A stretch of DNA of 36,946 nt from Minisyncoccota bacterium (GTDB taxonomy: Bacteria; Patescibacteriota; Minisyncoccia; Phycocordibacterales; UBA2100): contig JAGOTU010000002.1 in the NCBI GenBank assembly GCA_018061585.1, positions 1-36,946 of the forward strand, written 5' to 3'. Below are positions 8,496-17,452 of this stretch, in pieces. The notes beneath the pieces were generated by a model. It saw nothing but the letters and a program-made list of their open reading frames with translations. It was not told the DNA's origin and ran no database searches. How positions within the stretch are numbered: the stretch's first letter is position 1; the number at the start of each line of letters is the position of its first letter. Position numbers and translations under genes: made by a program.

Positions 8496-8885
8496 ATGAT
8501 CGAACACACCGTGATGCCCGTGACGGATATCGCGCGCGCTAAAAAATTTTACGCGGCGGCTCTTAAACCGCTCGGCTACAAACAATCGTATGACTTCGGT
8601 AACGCTATCGGGTATATGGAAGGCGGACACACAAGTTTTCTTATCGAAAGGAAGAAGCGTGTCGACGGCGGGCATGTGGCATTCCTCGCAAATAGTAAAC
8701 AGGCTGTCGCCGCGTTTTATAAGGCAGCGCTAAGAAATGGAGGAAAAGACAACGGTGCCCCCGGATTCAGGACCGATTACGGCGATAATTACTACGCCGC
8801 GTTCGTTCGCGACCCCGACGGTAACAACATCGAGGCGTGCTACTTCGGAGCCACGGCACCGAAAAAGAAGCCTTTGGCTACGTAA
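8496..8885 (+). CDS. VOC (glyoxalase/bleomycin-resistance) family protein
   Basis: MIEHTVMPVTDIARAKKFY...FVRDPDGNNIEACY, a typical single VOC module of 129 aa. Confidence 0.85.
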   Translation: MIEHTVMPVTDIARAKKFYAAALKPLGYKQSYDFGNAIGYMEGGHTSFLIERKKRVDGGHVAFLANSKQAVAAFYKAALRNGGKDNGAPGFRTDYGDNYYAAFVRDPDGNNIEACYFGATAPKKKPLAT

Positions 8886-8901
8886 GAATTGTCCTTGTAT
8901 G

Positions 8902-8925
8902 AAAAACGGCCGGATGTCCCGGCCG
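8902..8925. terminator. Hairpin between convergent genes
   Basis: AAAAA-CGGCCGG-ATGTC-CCGGCCG, 7-bp GC stem. Confidence 0.5.
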
Positions 8926-8937
8926 CAGCTCGTTTGA

Positions 8938-9375
8938 TCACGGGATCTGTAATCCCATTTTTGTCGCAAGCGGTTGCAGCGTGCGCACCGTGTCCACATG
9001 CAGGTTCATACGCGGCCACTTGTTGTCCAGCCACTCCTGCAGCGGCTCCGTGTCGTACGTGCGGTTCGCTGCGTGCCAATCGGCAAGCATTTCCCGCACA
9101 TAGACTTCGGGCATCGGGGTCGCGAGACCGTCACGCACCCAATATTCCCAGTGATGCGGATTCCGACTCCAGTGAAGCCTCCACGCCGCCTGATACGCTG
9201 GCGTATCCTTGCCGGTTACGCTGCGCATCCGGTACGGGCCGAATTCAGCCGGACCGAACTTGGACAGATCATGGATCAGCAACTGCCAGACAGGGATCCC
9301 CCCGACCTTACGCCCGAAGTGGAAGACCAACCACTTGTGGTACAGGATAAATAGCACGTATCGCCATGCGGTCAT
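8938..9375 (-). CDS. Hypothetical protein, DUF5662-like
   Basis: WQLLIHDLSKFGPAEFGPY matches my recollection of the DUF5662 signature. AAGGAG lies 5 nt before the ATG. The family assignment comes from memory only. Confidence 0.6.
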   Translation of the reverse strand: MTAWRYVLFILYHKWLVFHFGRKVGGIPVWQLLIHDLSKFGPAEFGPYRMRSVTGKDTPAYQAAWRLHWSRNPHHWEYWVRDGLATPMPEVYVREMLADWHAANRTYDTEPLQEWLDNKWPRMNLHVDTVRTLQPLATKMGLQIP

Positions 9376-9464
9376 GACGTCTCTCCTTTTCTCTCTCTAT
9401 GTTTCCGTATTTACCATATCGAAACGACGCGCAAAGCGCCAGTCGGCCCAAACCGACCGGGCGG

Positions 9465-9470
9465 TATACT
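9465..9470 (+). promoter_or_regulatory. -10-like TATACT 6 nt before ATG 9477
   Basis: Supports the 9477 start over the track start at 9399. Confidence 0.45.
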
Positions 9471-9476
9471 GAATGT

Positions 9477-10205
9477 ATGGAAAGACCGGAGCGCAAATTC
9501 GTCGGGGGCCTCAGGAATCTCGACCCGAAAAACATGCTTGAACGAGAGGCCTCCAATTACCAGGCGGGCGAGCTTTTCGGACTCAATCACGACTTTATGA
9601 ATCAGCCACTTGTACTCAGTAATCGTATCGAGTTCTACAAACACGGCATCGGTGAGAAGGCAGACAATTTAAATCTCCTGATAGACGGTGCTCTCAAGAT
9701 GAAAACATACGAGGACTGGATCTTGCAGAATGGAATTACTCCGGAGAAAAATTCGGCCGCGTTCGCCGACGACATACAGCCCTACATCAAAGCAGTTGAT
9801 GAAATTGTTGTGGAAATGAAACGGATTGCAACAGAACTACAGCAAGAATTGCAACATGATGCCGCTGCAGATCCGGAACGCTTTTTTGAGGCGCTCAATC
9901 TCCGAATATCACAATTGGACGACATCATCCGCTCAGACATTGGCAGAAAAGTAGAGAAATTTTCATACGAGAAGGAACTAACGACCAGGCCAGCTGATCT
10001 CGAATACAGTAAAAAGCCGGCGTTGACCGAGGCAGAAGCTACTGAGAGAATGCTCGCGCGAAAAGAACGAGCTGCCGAAATACTGAATGAGGGGCCGCAA
10101 TCGGGCAGCTTTTCGAGAATTGATACCGACGGGAATGTGCTCCCCGTCGGCTGGGAGCCGTCCGATGAAGACAGACAGAAGCTGAACGAATCATCAGATC
10201 GTTAA
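9477..10205 (+). CDS. Hypothetical acidic, helix-rich protein
   Basis: 242 aa, MERPERKFVGGLRNLDPKNMLE.... No recognised domain. Confidence 0.6.
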   Translation: MERPERKFVGGLRNLDPKNMLEREASNYQAGELFGLNHDFMNQPLVLSNRIEFYKHGIGEKADNLNLLIDGALKMKTYEDWILQNGITPEKNSAAFADDIQPYIKAVDEIVVEMKRIATELQQELQHDAAADPERFFEALNLRISQLDDIIRSDIGRKVEKFSYEKELTTRPADLEYSKKPALTEAEATERMLARKERAAEILNEGPQSGSFSRIDTDGNVLPVGWEPSDEDRQKLNESSDR

Positions 10206-10206
10206 A

Positions 10207-10249
10207 CAAAAAAGACCCGTGATGCGGATCTTTTTTGTTTCTTTTTTTT
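10207..10249. terminator. Bidirectional terminator region
   Basis: Imperfect hairpin GACCCG/CGGATC flanked by AAAAAA on one side and TTTTTTGTTTCTTTTTTTT on the other, between convergent genes. Confidence 0.6.
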
Positions 10250-10256
10250 GGAAGCG

Positions 10257-10718
10257 TTACCAGGCGAAGTGGGCGAACGCCTTGTTGGCTTCTGCCATGC
10301 GGTGGGTCGTTTCTTTCTTGGTAACCGCAGCACCTTCTCCTTTGTGTGCCGCTTTGATCTCTGCGAGGAGCGATACGTTCATCGGCTTGCCCTTGGTTCC
10401 TTCGGCTGCCGCTACGATCCAGCGGAGCCCGAGAGAGAGACGTCGTTCCGGACGAACTTCGCGAGGAACCTGGTAGTTGGCTCCGCCGACACGGCGTGAG
10501 CGAACTTCGACTGCCGGAGCTGCATTTTCAAGCGCTTCTTCGAGGATGACCAACGGATCGCCGTCCTTCTTGAGCTCGTCCATAACCTTGTAGACGATCT
10601 TGCGGGCAGTGTCCTTCTTGCCGCGTTCCATTACGTAGTTGATGAGCTTTGCAACCTTAAGAGACCCGTAGATCTCGTCCGGTGCCGGCTGCATTCTGTT
10701 TTTTACTGGTCGTCGCAT
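10257..10718 (-). CDS. rpsG: 30S ribosomal protein S7
   Basis: Full-length S7-like sequence ending ...KAFAHFAW. Confidence 0.97.
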   Translation of the reverse strand: MRRPVKNRMQPAPDEIYGSLKVAKLINYVMERGKKDTARKIVYKVMDELKKDGDPLVILEEALENAAPAVEVRSRRVGGANYQVPREVRPERRLSLGLRWIVAAAEGTKGKPMNVSLLAEIKAAHKGEGAAVTKKETTHRMAEANKAFAHFAW

Positions 10719-10735
10719 ATAGATTTACAAATTGA

Positions 10736-11152
10736 CTACTTGGCTGCCTTTGGCTTCTTTGCTCCGTATCGGGATCGGCCGCGTCGGCGCTTATCTACAC
10801 CGGTCGCATCGAGCTTACCGCGAACGATAGTGTATCGGATACCGATGTCCTTCACGCGACCGCCTCGTACGAGGACGACCGAGTGTTCCTGCAGGTTGTG
10901 TCCCTCTCCCGGGATGTATGCAGTGATCTCCATGCCGTTCGAAAGACGAACGCGGGCGATCTTTCGGATAGCCGAGTTCGGCTTACGAGGGGTCTTGGTG
11001 GTAACGCGTGTGCAAACACCGCGCTTGAAGGGTGCAGGGTAGAATGACGGACGATTTTTCAGCGTGTTGAAGCCGCGCGCAAGCGCACCGGTCTTTGACT
11101 TGTAGACGCGCGGGTTGCGACCCTTGCGAGCGAGCTGATTGATCGTAGACAT
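10736..11152 (-). CDS. rpsL: 30S ribosomal protein S12
   Basis: [12 protein letters not shown]...[22 protein letters not shown].... Start trimmed from 11215 to ATG 11152. Confidence 0.95.
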   Translation of the reverse strand: MSTINQLARKGRNPRVYKSKTGALARGFNTLKNRPSFYPAPFKRGVCTRVTTKTPRKPNSAIRKIARVRLSNGMEITAYIPGEGHNLQEHSVVLVRGGRVKDIGIRYTIVRGKLDATGVDKRRRGRSRYGAKKPKAAK

Positions 11153-11186
11153 TGCAAAATTAAATCCCCTGCGGGGAAGTGCTCGG

Positions 11187-11215
11187 ATACTACTATGTAT
11201 CTCCGGACGATGCAA
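11187..11215 (-). promoter_or_regulatory. Sigma70-like promoter for rpsL-rpsG
   Basis: Minus strand reads TTGCAT-N17-TAGTAT. The leader contains a CCCC-TGC-GGGG hairpin. Confidence 0.5.
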
Positions 11216-11224
11216 GACGAGGGC

Positions 11225-11845
11225 TTATACCCCCGCTATCACGGACGCTATAGACATCACTGCCGACCCGTACGCCCCGCTAAAGAGGTTAATGAGGAGG
11301 AATATGAGCATGAAGCCGATGAGAGCATTCTGCTCGATAACGGCCCGGAACGAGTCATAGCGGTAGGCAAGCGACGGCGGCAAGAGCGACGCCAGGATCT
11401 TGGAGCCGTCCAGTGGCGGAATAGGGAGCATGTTCAATAGAAAGAGCGATATATTGATGGCGACTACGTAGAATACGAGCGGAAACAGTGCCTCTGACAC
11501 CCCAACGCGCAGAGCAAAACCCGCAACGAGGGCTATGGCGAGGTTCGATCCGGGTCCCGCGAACGATACGATCGCCTCCGCCCAGCGGAGATGCTTACGG
11601 AAATTGTAGGGATTGTACGGAACCGGCTTTGCCCACCCGAAGAATGACCCCGCAAGCGCGGTCAGGATTGGAACGATCACAGAACCCAGGAGGTCCATGT
11701 GTTTCAAGGGATTCAGAGTCAATCTCCCCTCGTAGCGGGCCGTGTGGTCTCCCAACCAGTCTGCTGCCACCCCGTGCATAAGCTCGTGGATGACGAGGGA
11801 GAATATGATGACAATGATGATGAAGCCGATGTCGAACGGTGTCAT
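11225..11845 (-). CDS. Site-2 protease family (M50) membrane metalloprotease
   Basis: HELMHG (HExxH) and NMLPIPPLDGSK motifs; polytopic. Start placed at ATG 11845. Confidence 0.85.
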   Translation of the reverse strand: MTPFDIGFIIIVIIFSLVIHELMHGVAADWLGDHTARYEGRLTLNPLKHMDLLGSVIVPILTALAGSFFGWAKPVPYNPYNFRKHLRWAEAIVSFAGPGSNLAIALVAGFALRVGVSEALFPLVFYVVAINISLFLLNMLPIPPLDGSKILASLLPPSLAYRYDSFRAVIEQNALIGFMLIFLLINLFSGAYGSAVMSIASVIAGV

Positions 11846-11851
11846 GGCGAA

Positions 11852-11857
11852 AGTATA
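11852..11857 (-). promoter_or_regulatory. -10-like TATACT 6 nt before ATG 11845
   Basis: Recurrent leaderless-type arrangement. Confidence 0.45.
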
Positions 11858-11912
11858 CACGGTCAGCCTTATTTTGACCCCGGCCACCACAGCGTGTCAG
11901 GACACCGGGCTT

Positions 11913-11941
11913 TTGACATACACAGCATTACAAGCTAGGAT
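11913..11941 (+). promoter_or_regulatory. Sigma70-like promoter for rpmB
   Basis: TTGACA-N17-TAGGAT. The -10 ends 10 nt before the ATG, which leaves a very short leader. Confidence 0.55.
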
Positions 11942-11951
11942 ACGCCGACGT

Positions 11952-12194
11952 ATGGCAAAGGTTTGCGCAATCACGGGATCAACATCACAGGTCGGAGGCG
12001 GCTACTCCAACCGTGTTCGTGCTACCAAGTTCAACCCGACCGGCAAGCGCCGACGCCATGTAAACCTCCAGACGAAGACCCTCTTCGTCCCGGAACTCAA
12101 CCGAAAGGTAACGGTCCGAGTATCCGCAAAGGGACTCAAGACGATGAAGAAGCGAGGAGCATTCATCACCCTCAAGAAAGCAGGGCTCGTATAG
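11952..12194 (+). CDS. rpmB: 50S ribosomal protein L28
   Basis: MAKVCAITGSTSQVGGGYSNRVRATKFNPTGKRRRHVNLQ.... This is the internal ATG of the longer track ORF 11742..12194. Confidence 0.9.
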   Translation: MAKVCAITGSTSQVGGGYSNRVRATKFNPTGKRRRHVNLQTKTLFVPELNRKVTVRVSAKGLKTMKKRGAFITLKKAGLV

Positions 12195-12213
12195 ACCTCA
12201 ATAGAACAAAAGC

Positions 12214-12243
12214 AAAAGGTCGCCGAAAGGCGGCCTTTTCTGT
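12214..12243. terminator. Bidirectional terminator
   Basis: AAAAGGTCGCC-GAAA-GGCGGCCTTTTCTGTT between convergent genes. Confidence 0.6.
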
Positions 12244-12267
12244 TACGGAACGACGCGATTTCGCAAC

Positions 12268-13137
12268 CTATTTACGAGTAACGATGTTACCGTCAGACAC
12301 GAATGTGATCGTTCCGTCGGTACACGTGTCGAGCGTGGGAATTCTGAATCGTTCAAACGTGGCAACGGTTTCCGGAGACGGATGTCCGTAGCTATTGCCA
12401 CATCCGCGGGAATACACAGCGAATGTTGGGTTTACGAGCCCAATGAATAGCCCGGACGACGATGTTTTTGAGCCATGATGTCCGGCTTTCAATACATCAG
12501 ACTTGAGCGCTGTGCCGTCGAGGAGCGCAAGATATTGCTCTATCGAACTCGGAGCATCACACGAAAGCATGAATGCCGTCGACCCGTACACGAGCCGCAC
12601 GATCACACAGCCGGTATTCGTTTCGATGTCCGGCAGCGCTCGGTCCGGGAACAACACTTCGAGATATGCACCACCGCCGATATCGATCCGCTCTCCCCGC
12701 TCTGCAAGATATATATTCGCACCCGTAGCGCCTTCTGCTTTGAGCGCATCCAGATACGTCTTCCACGCCTGCGTTGTGCCCTTGGTACTCGGGACGAGCG
12801 CCGCGAGCACACGATACCGCGGAAGCACTTCGATGAGACCGCCGATATGATCCTCATCAGCATGGGTGCCCACGATCATATCGATGGACCGGTCATACCA
12901 CGGCATAACCGTCGGCAACTTCCGAAGGACCTCTGTTCCCGACCCGCCGTCGATGAGTATCTGGTGCCCTGTCGGAGAATCAATGAATACCGCATCTCCT
13001 TGCCCGACATCGAGAAACGAGACGGCGAGGCTACCGCGTCGTTCTTCGCGAAGAACCGCTGCCCAGATCACGCACGTCACAAAGAGGAGGACGACGACCG
13101 TCCAGAATGTGATCACCTGACTCTTTTGCATAGACAA
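12268..13137 (-). CDS. Membrane-anchored MBL-fold hydrolase, ComEC C-terminal-domain-like
   Basis: N-terminal TM segment, then SFLDVGQGDAVFI, THADEDHIGG and AGHHGSKTSS motifs. ATG 13131 is an alternative start, with CATACT 7 nt upstream. Confidence 0.85.
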   Translation of the reverse strand: MSMQKSQVITFWTVVVLLFVTCVIWAAVLREERRGSLAVSFLDVGQGDAVFIDSPTGHQILIDGGSGTEVLRKLPTVMPWYDRSIDMIVGTHADEDHIGGLIEVLPRYRVLAALVPSTKGTTQAWKTYLDALKAEGATGANIYLAERGERIDIGGGAYLEVLFPDRALPDIETNTGCVIVRLVYGSTAFMLSCDAPSSIEQYLALLDGTALKSDVLKAGHHGSKTSSSGLFIGLVNPTFAVYSRGCGNSYGHPSPETVATFERFRIPTLDTCTDGTITFVSDGNIVTRK

Positions 13138-13306
13138 AAGTATGTCATCTTTCTGTCACGACGCCTTCATTATGCCTGGTGCTATATTTAGGGTCTGTTT
13201 GAGCGAAGCGAATTACAGATCCTTAACCCGCCCAATTTTTTGTGCCGCAGAACAAGTGTGCGCATACTCCGATACGGACTCGAGTGATGGCATCCGACAA
13301 GTATGG

Positions 13307-13315
13307 TGGTATAAA
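13307..13315 (+). promoter_or_regulatory. Extended -10 (TGgTATAAA) upstream of the SOD gene
   Basis: No good -35. The leader would be about 47 nt. Confidence 0.4.
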
Positions 13316-13368
13316 ATTAGGCGGGCATAAGAGCTTCTAAGCTCATACTTAATCGCTAAGAATCTCAA

Positions 13369-13953
13369 ATGTACGAAGCAAGAACATTCAACATCCCGAA
13401 GCTCGATGGTATTTCCGAAAAGTCCGTTGAAGAACACCTGGGTCTCTACGCGGGATATGTAAAGAACTTTAATGCGATCTCCGCACTCCTCCCTGAGTAC
13501 GCACAGGATTCCGAAAAGCATGCGCACGCGCTTTCAGAGCTGATCCGTCGTAAGTCGTTCGAATTCGACGGCATGCGCCTGCACGAGATCTACTTTGCGC
13601 AATTCGAAGGAGGTGCAAAAGCCCTGGATCCGGAGTCAGCGCTCGGCAAAGCCTTTGCAGCGGAGTACCACGAATACTTCGAGCCCTACTTTAAAGCGAT
13701 CGGCAATATGCGCGGACCGGGTTGGGCAATGCTGTACTGGGATCCGGTGGGCAAACAGTTCCAGGCCGGTTTCTCAGGCGAGCAACACCAAGGCCATTTC
13801 GTCACCCTTCCGGTCATCCTAGCCCTCGACGTGTGGGAACACGCGTTCCTGCTTGATCAGGGGGCGCTCGGTAAGGGCAAGTACATCGACGCGTTCTTCA
13901 AGAACCTCAACTGGGAAGTAGTGGAAAAGCGGTTTGCAGAGGCAATGAACTAA
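13369..13953 (+). CDS. Fe/Mn-family superoxide dismutase
   Basis: DVWEHAFLLD C-terminal motif. The His in EEHLGLYAGYVKNFN and the His in GMRLHEIYF align with known metal ligands. Confidence 0.85.
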   Translation: MYEARTFNIPKLDGISEKSVEEHLGLYAGYVKNFNAISALLPEYAQDSEKHAHALSELIRRKSFEFDGMRLHEIYFAQFEGGAKALDPESALGKAFAAEYHEYFEPYFKAIGNMRGPGWAMLYWDPVGKQFQAGFSGEQHQGHFVTLPVILALDVWEHAFLLDQGALGKGKYIDAFFKNLNWEVVEKRFAEAMN

Positions 13954-13999
13954 GGATACGCTTACGCTATTAGCATTGGTCACGAAATTATCTTTATCT

Positions 14000-14455
14000 A
14001 TGAATCTTGAACGATCGATCCTAGTTGCATTCATCGGCAACTACCTTATCAACAACGTGGTCGCGGCAATCGTCGCACTCATTCCGGCGTCTTCGTCGAC
14101 GAGCGTCTTCACTCCGCAGTATGTGGCATATGTCATCCTTGCGGCACTCTTTGCGGCATTCTTCGCATGGTGGACTCTCATGCACGTGTCGGCGTCACGC
14201 GCTATGCGCGCAGGCATCACGTTCGGCGTCATCGCCTTCGTCGTGTCGATCGTGACCGCTTTCGTGACCGGTGTCACCGGTGTGCTCGCACAGACCGGCT
14301 CCATCTCGCAGATGTTCTCGATCATCCCGAACTTCGGACCGTTCCTCCTGAGCTGGTCGACACTCGTTCTCTTGGGCTACTGGGTCATCCCGTCCGCAGC
14401 TGTGGGCTGGTGGTTGCAGCGCAAGGGCTCGATGTCGTCTGACTCGGCGATGTAA
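14000..14455 (+). CDS. Hypothetical polytopic membrane protein
   Basis: About 4 hydrophobic segments. ATG 14000 preferred over TTG 13976. Confidence 0.6.
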   Translation: MNLERSILVAFIGNYLINNVVAAIVALIPASSSTSVFTPQYVAYVILAALFAAFFAWWTLMHVSASRAMRAGITFGVIAFVVSIVTAFVTGVTGVLAQTGSISQMFSIIPNFGPFLLSWSTLVLLGYWVIPSAAVGWWLQRKGSMSSDSAM

Positions 14456-14476
14456 TCGAATACTCATTCCACTCAA

Positions 14477-14506
14477 ACCGCCGGCATATGCCGGCGGTTT
14501 TTGTTT
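14477..14506 (+). terminator. Rho-independent terminator
   Basis: ACCGCCGGCA-TA-TGCCGGCGGT followed by TTTTTGTTT. Confidence 0.8.
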
Positions 14507-14575
14507 GACCCACACAAGCGGAGCTGTTACCGTTTGGAGCGGACGAACGGCTTTCATCACATCGAGGAGGATCAC

Positions 14576-14737
14576 TTGTCACACGACCCGAAGGACCCGA
14601 ATACGAACCGCGACGGAACCGATCTCACGAACGTGCAGCCGAAGACGTCCGACTCTGACCAGGTTTTTGCCGGTGGTGGCGATGGCACGTTCGACGAGAG
14701 CGACGATCCCGAGGACCGAGTTCGACGAGGTGAATAG
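14576..14737 (+). CDS. Candidate 53-aa acidic, disorder-prone protein
   Basis: TTG start 5 nt after GAGGAGG (14564-14570). Sequence: SHDPKDPNTNRDGTDLTNVQPKTSDSDQVFAGGGDGTFDESDDPEDRVRRGE. Followed by the hairpin AGCCGGGG-CTTT-CCCCGGCT. Confidence 0.3.
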   Translation: MSHDPKDPNTNRDGTDLTNVQPKTSDSDQVFAGGGDGTFDESDDPEDRVRRGE

Positions 14738-14750
14738 TCACGTACACACA

Positions 14751-16244
14751 TCAGCGCATAGCCGGGGCTTTCCCCGGCTTTCTTATTTCTCCAAAAAAGA
14801 ATACGCAACCAAGTATCAAATACGCAACGAGTAGCCACCACGCATTGAACGCAGACACCGTTACGGATGCGTACGGGAATGACGCGAAGAGATCTGCGAT
14901 GAGAACAATATATCTGAGTAACATATACGCCGGCAGTGCCAGCAAGATCCCCCACGAGCCAAGCACCGCACCCGCGACAGCCGCAATGCCGGAAAACGCC
15001 ATCGCAAGCGGCACTGCAATGAGCGCGAGTATGTTGGCCGGAAGAGCAACAAGGCTCAGCATTCCGTTTTGATACAAAAGGAGCGGCAGTACTGTGATCT
15101 GCGTTGCGATGGTGGCTGACACGATCTCGCGCAGAGCGAAGCGTTCTGTCACAGCACTCAGTCGCTGTGCAACGGGGCCAGCAAATGCAATGAGCCCGAG
15201 TGTTGCGAGTACCGACAGCTGAAAGCCCGGATCGAACGCAAGTACATACGGATCCCATGCGACCATGCACACAACGATCGCAATGAGGACACGAAGCGCA
15301 ACGAACGTCCGTCCGTACATGCCTGCAATGACCGCAGCGAACGCCATCGCGCCTGCGCGCACAGAGCTGGGTGCAGCACCCGAGATCAGTATGAAAAAAG
15401 CGACTGTACCGAGCGCAGCGGCTAGCTTCGGCATGCGCGAAACACCGCCGAGCATGCGCAGGAGCGCACTCATAACAACGGTGATGTTGTAGCCGGACAG
15501 AACCAGAATATGCACGAGCGATACTTGTTGAAACACGTCGGAGAGCTCGCTCCCCACAGACCGTTTGTCCCCTGCCGTTATGCCGGCAGCGAGACCAGCG
15601 TACGGCTCCGGCAATACAGAGCGGAGTCCGCGGATGTAAGTAGATTTTATATACAGTGCAACTCGCATTGCCGGATCCCCTCCACTCGTTTGCACTTCGA
15701 CGTCCGCAAAAGCGACTTCGTATGAGATACCGCGTGAGGCAAGATACTGCGGATAGTTGAACGACCGACCCTCGCCCGTCTCGAACGATTCCGGTTTGCG
15801 GAGCACTCCGGTTACGGTGACGACATCTCCATAATTGGCACGCGTGAATGCAGGAGCGATCGCGAGCACCCGGGTATCATTCCGGAGCCCGACCGCGTCG
15901 ATAGTATCGACACGAACCGTCAATCGCGTGTTCCGCTCGCGAATATCCGGTTCAGCGACGATCGCCCCTTCGAACACAATGCGGCTATCAACCCTTGAGG
16001 CGAGATCAGGATCCATAGCAAGTCGCCCTGCTTCATATCGGAATGCACCAAGCAGGAACATACACGCAAAGAAAACGGCCATGTACGCGTACGTGCTTCC
16101 ATCTGTGACATGTGCTGCGATCAAGAGTATGCCGGCACTCCCGATACACGCGATCGCGAGCGGTAGCGTGAGCGGATAGAATGATGCATAAAAAATGCCG
16201 AGCAGGAACCCGGCGACACAAGCCATGAGTATGCGCTCACGCAT
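14751..16244 (-). CDS. comEC: ComEC/Rec2 DNA internalisation channel (OB/DUF4131 plus Competence domain, no MBL domain)
   Basis: 497 aa, polytopic. GDKRSVGSELSDVFQQVSLVHILVLSGYNI is a competence-domain signature. The protein ends without a beta-lactamase-like domain. Confidence 0.9.
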   Translation of the reverse strand: MRERILMACVAGFLLGIFYASFYPLTLPLAIACIGSAGILLIAAHVTDGSTYAYMAVFFACMFLLGAFRYEAGRLAMDPDLASRVDSRIVFEGAIVAEPDIRERNTRLTVRVDTIDAVGLRNDTRVLAIAPAFTRANYGDVVTVTGVLRKPESFETGEGRSFNYPQYLASRGISYEVAFADVEVQTSGGDPAMRVALYIKSTYIRGLRSVLPEPYAGLAAGITAGDKRSVGSELSDVFQQVSLVHILVLSGYNITVVMSALLRMLGGVSRMPKLAAALGTVAFFILISGAAPSSVRAGAMAFAAVIAGMYGRTFVALRVLIAIVVCMVAWDPYVLAFDPGFQLSVLATLGLIAFAGPVAQRLSAVTERFALREIVSATIATQITVLPLLLYQNGMLSLVALPANILALIAVPLAMAFSGIAAVAGAVLGSWGILLALPAYMLLRYIVLIADLFASFPYASVTVSAFNAWWLLVAYLILGCVFFFGEIRKPGKAPAMR

Positions 16245-16275
16245 ACGCTCAGCGTACCAAAGAATCGTCGCGTGA

Positions 16276-16704
16276 TCAGGGGGTCCCGAGCACCTCGTCG
16301 AGCGCCTCGTTCACCAACCGATCCGCCTCCTTATTCTGCTCACGGGGCACATACGTAAATGTGTGCGACGAAAAATCTCTGAGAAGCGCATGCACCTTGG
16401 CTACCTGGGGCTTGAGCGTCGGCTCTTTGATCTTCCAATTACCAAGCACCTGCTCTACCACAAGTTTGCTATCCATGCGGACCTCGAGCGGCCGCCCCGC
16501 AAATCCTTTTTCTTTGAGTGCCGCGAGCGCGAGGGCGACCGCCTCGTACTCGGCCCAGTTATTGGTCTGCTTTTCGCCAAGATATTGTTTGAGCTCAAGG
16601 ATGATTGCATCGCCTTCATACGCGATAGCGCCTGCACCGGCAGGGCCTGGATTTCCGCGGGCCCCTCCGTCTGTGTACACAACAATGGTTTCCATGCGGG
16701 CCAT
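16276..16704 (-). CDS. rnhA: Ribonuclease HI
   Basis: VVYTDGGARGNPGPAG, NNWAEYEA and NKEADRL motifs. Alternative start ATG 16695 (METIVVY), with TATCAT 7 nt upstream. Confidence 0.9.
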   Translation of the reverse strand: MARMETIVVYTDGGARGNPGPAGAGAIAYEGDAIILELKQYLGEKQTNNWAEYEAVALALAALKEKGFAGRPLEVRMDSKLVVEQVLGNWKIKEPTLKPQVAKVHALLRDFSSHTFTYVPREQNKEADRLVNEALDEVLGTP

Positions 16705-16712
16705 GATACACG

Positions 16713-16740
16713 AAAAAACCCGGCGTAAGCCGGGTTTTTT
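16713..16740 (-). terminator. Symmetric rho-independent terminator
   Basis: AAAAAA-CCCGGC-GTAA-GCCGGG-TTTTTT. Confidence 0.8.
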
Positions 16741-16758
16741 CAGTACATTTCCTTTTAC

Positions 16759-17397
16759 TTACGCGGTTGCAGCGGGCGTCGGAACCACCTCACTCGCAGC
16801 ATGTCCGAGCTTGCGATAGGTGTACACCATAGCGAGCGTGGAAACCGGAATGGTAACGAGGAGCGGTATCAGGAGCAGGATCGCGCCGATGATATTGATC
16901 GCTGCGATCGCAAGGATAAGCAGGAACAATGTCATACGATGACCCTTGGTCATGCGCGCGCTTTCCTTCAACGCTTCGATCGGGCCAAGTTTGCGGTCAA
17001 CGACGATAAACTTCACGAACAAGAGCATGATCGCAGCGATGACGCCCGGAACGATAAGGAGAATGAGTCCGACGACCACAATGATCCCGGTCAACACCGT
17101 TGCCGCCAAGTACGGCAGGAACTGCTGCGGATGCCACAGATCCTCGAGCTTTGCGCTCTCAGGCGACTCAAAGACCTTGAGCATCGTCGCAACGATACCG
17201 AGGTCCAAGAGCGTCGTGACAACGAGATTCAAGATGCTTCCGATAATATTCTCATCCATGCCGAGCATTCCAAGGATGAATCCTGTTACCCAGGAGACAA
17301 CGAAAATAATGACCGTCATGCCAATAAAGAAACCGGGGCGCTTCTTAAAGGTGTCCCACCCGTAATGGAGCGCCGCCTGTACAGAAATAGTATTCAT
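16759..17397 (-). CDS. Polytopic membrane protein (DUF975-like?)
   Basis: 212 aa with 4-5 TM segments. The family guess is weak. Confidence 0.7.
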   Translation of the reverse strand: MNTISVQAALHYGWDTFKKRPGFFIGMTVIIFVVSWVTGFILGMLGMDENIIGSILNLVVTTLLDLGIVATMLKVFESPESAKLEDLWHPQQFLPYLAATVLTGIIVVVGLILLIVPGVIAAIMLLFVKFIVVDRKLGPIEALKESARMTKGHRMTLFLLILAIAAINIIGAILLLIPLLVTIPVSTLAMVYTYRKLGHAASEVVPTPAATA

Positions 17398-17452
17398 ACC
17401 TAAACGCTAGCACGTCGTGAGGTGCATCGGAACAGACCTGTGGAGAGTTCAT

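Noticed and set aside
11531-11560. GGTTCGATCC, a tRNA T-loop-like string
   Set aside because: Flanking bases do not form a T-stem or acceptor stem, and it lies inside the well-supported M50 protease CDS.
13329-13344. GAGCTT-CT-AAGCTC palindrome between the SOD -10 element and start codon as an operator
   Set aside because: A 6+6 palindrome with a fixed spacer is expected several times by chance in 37 kb, and the flanks do not extend it.
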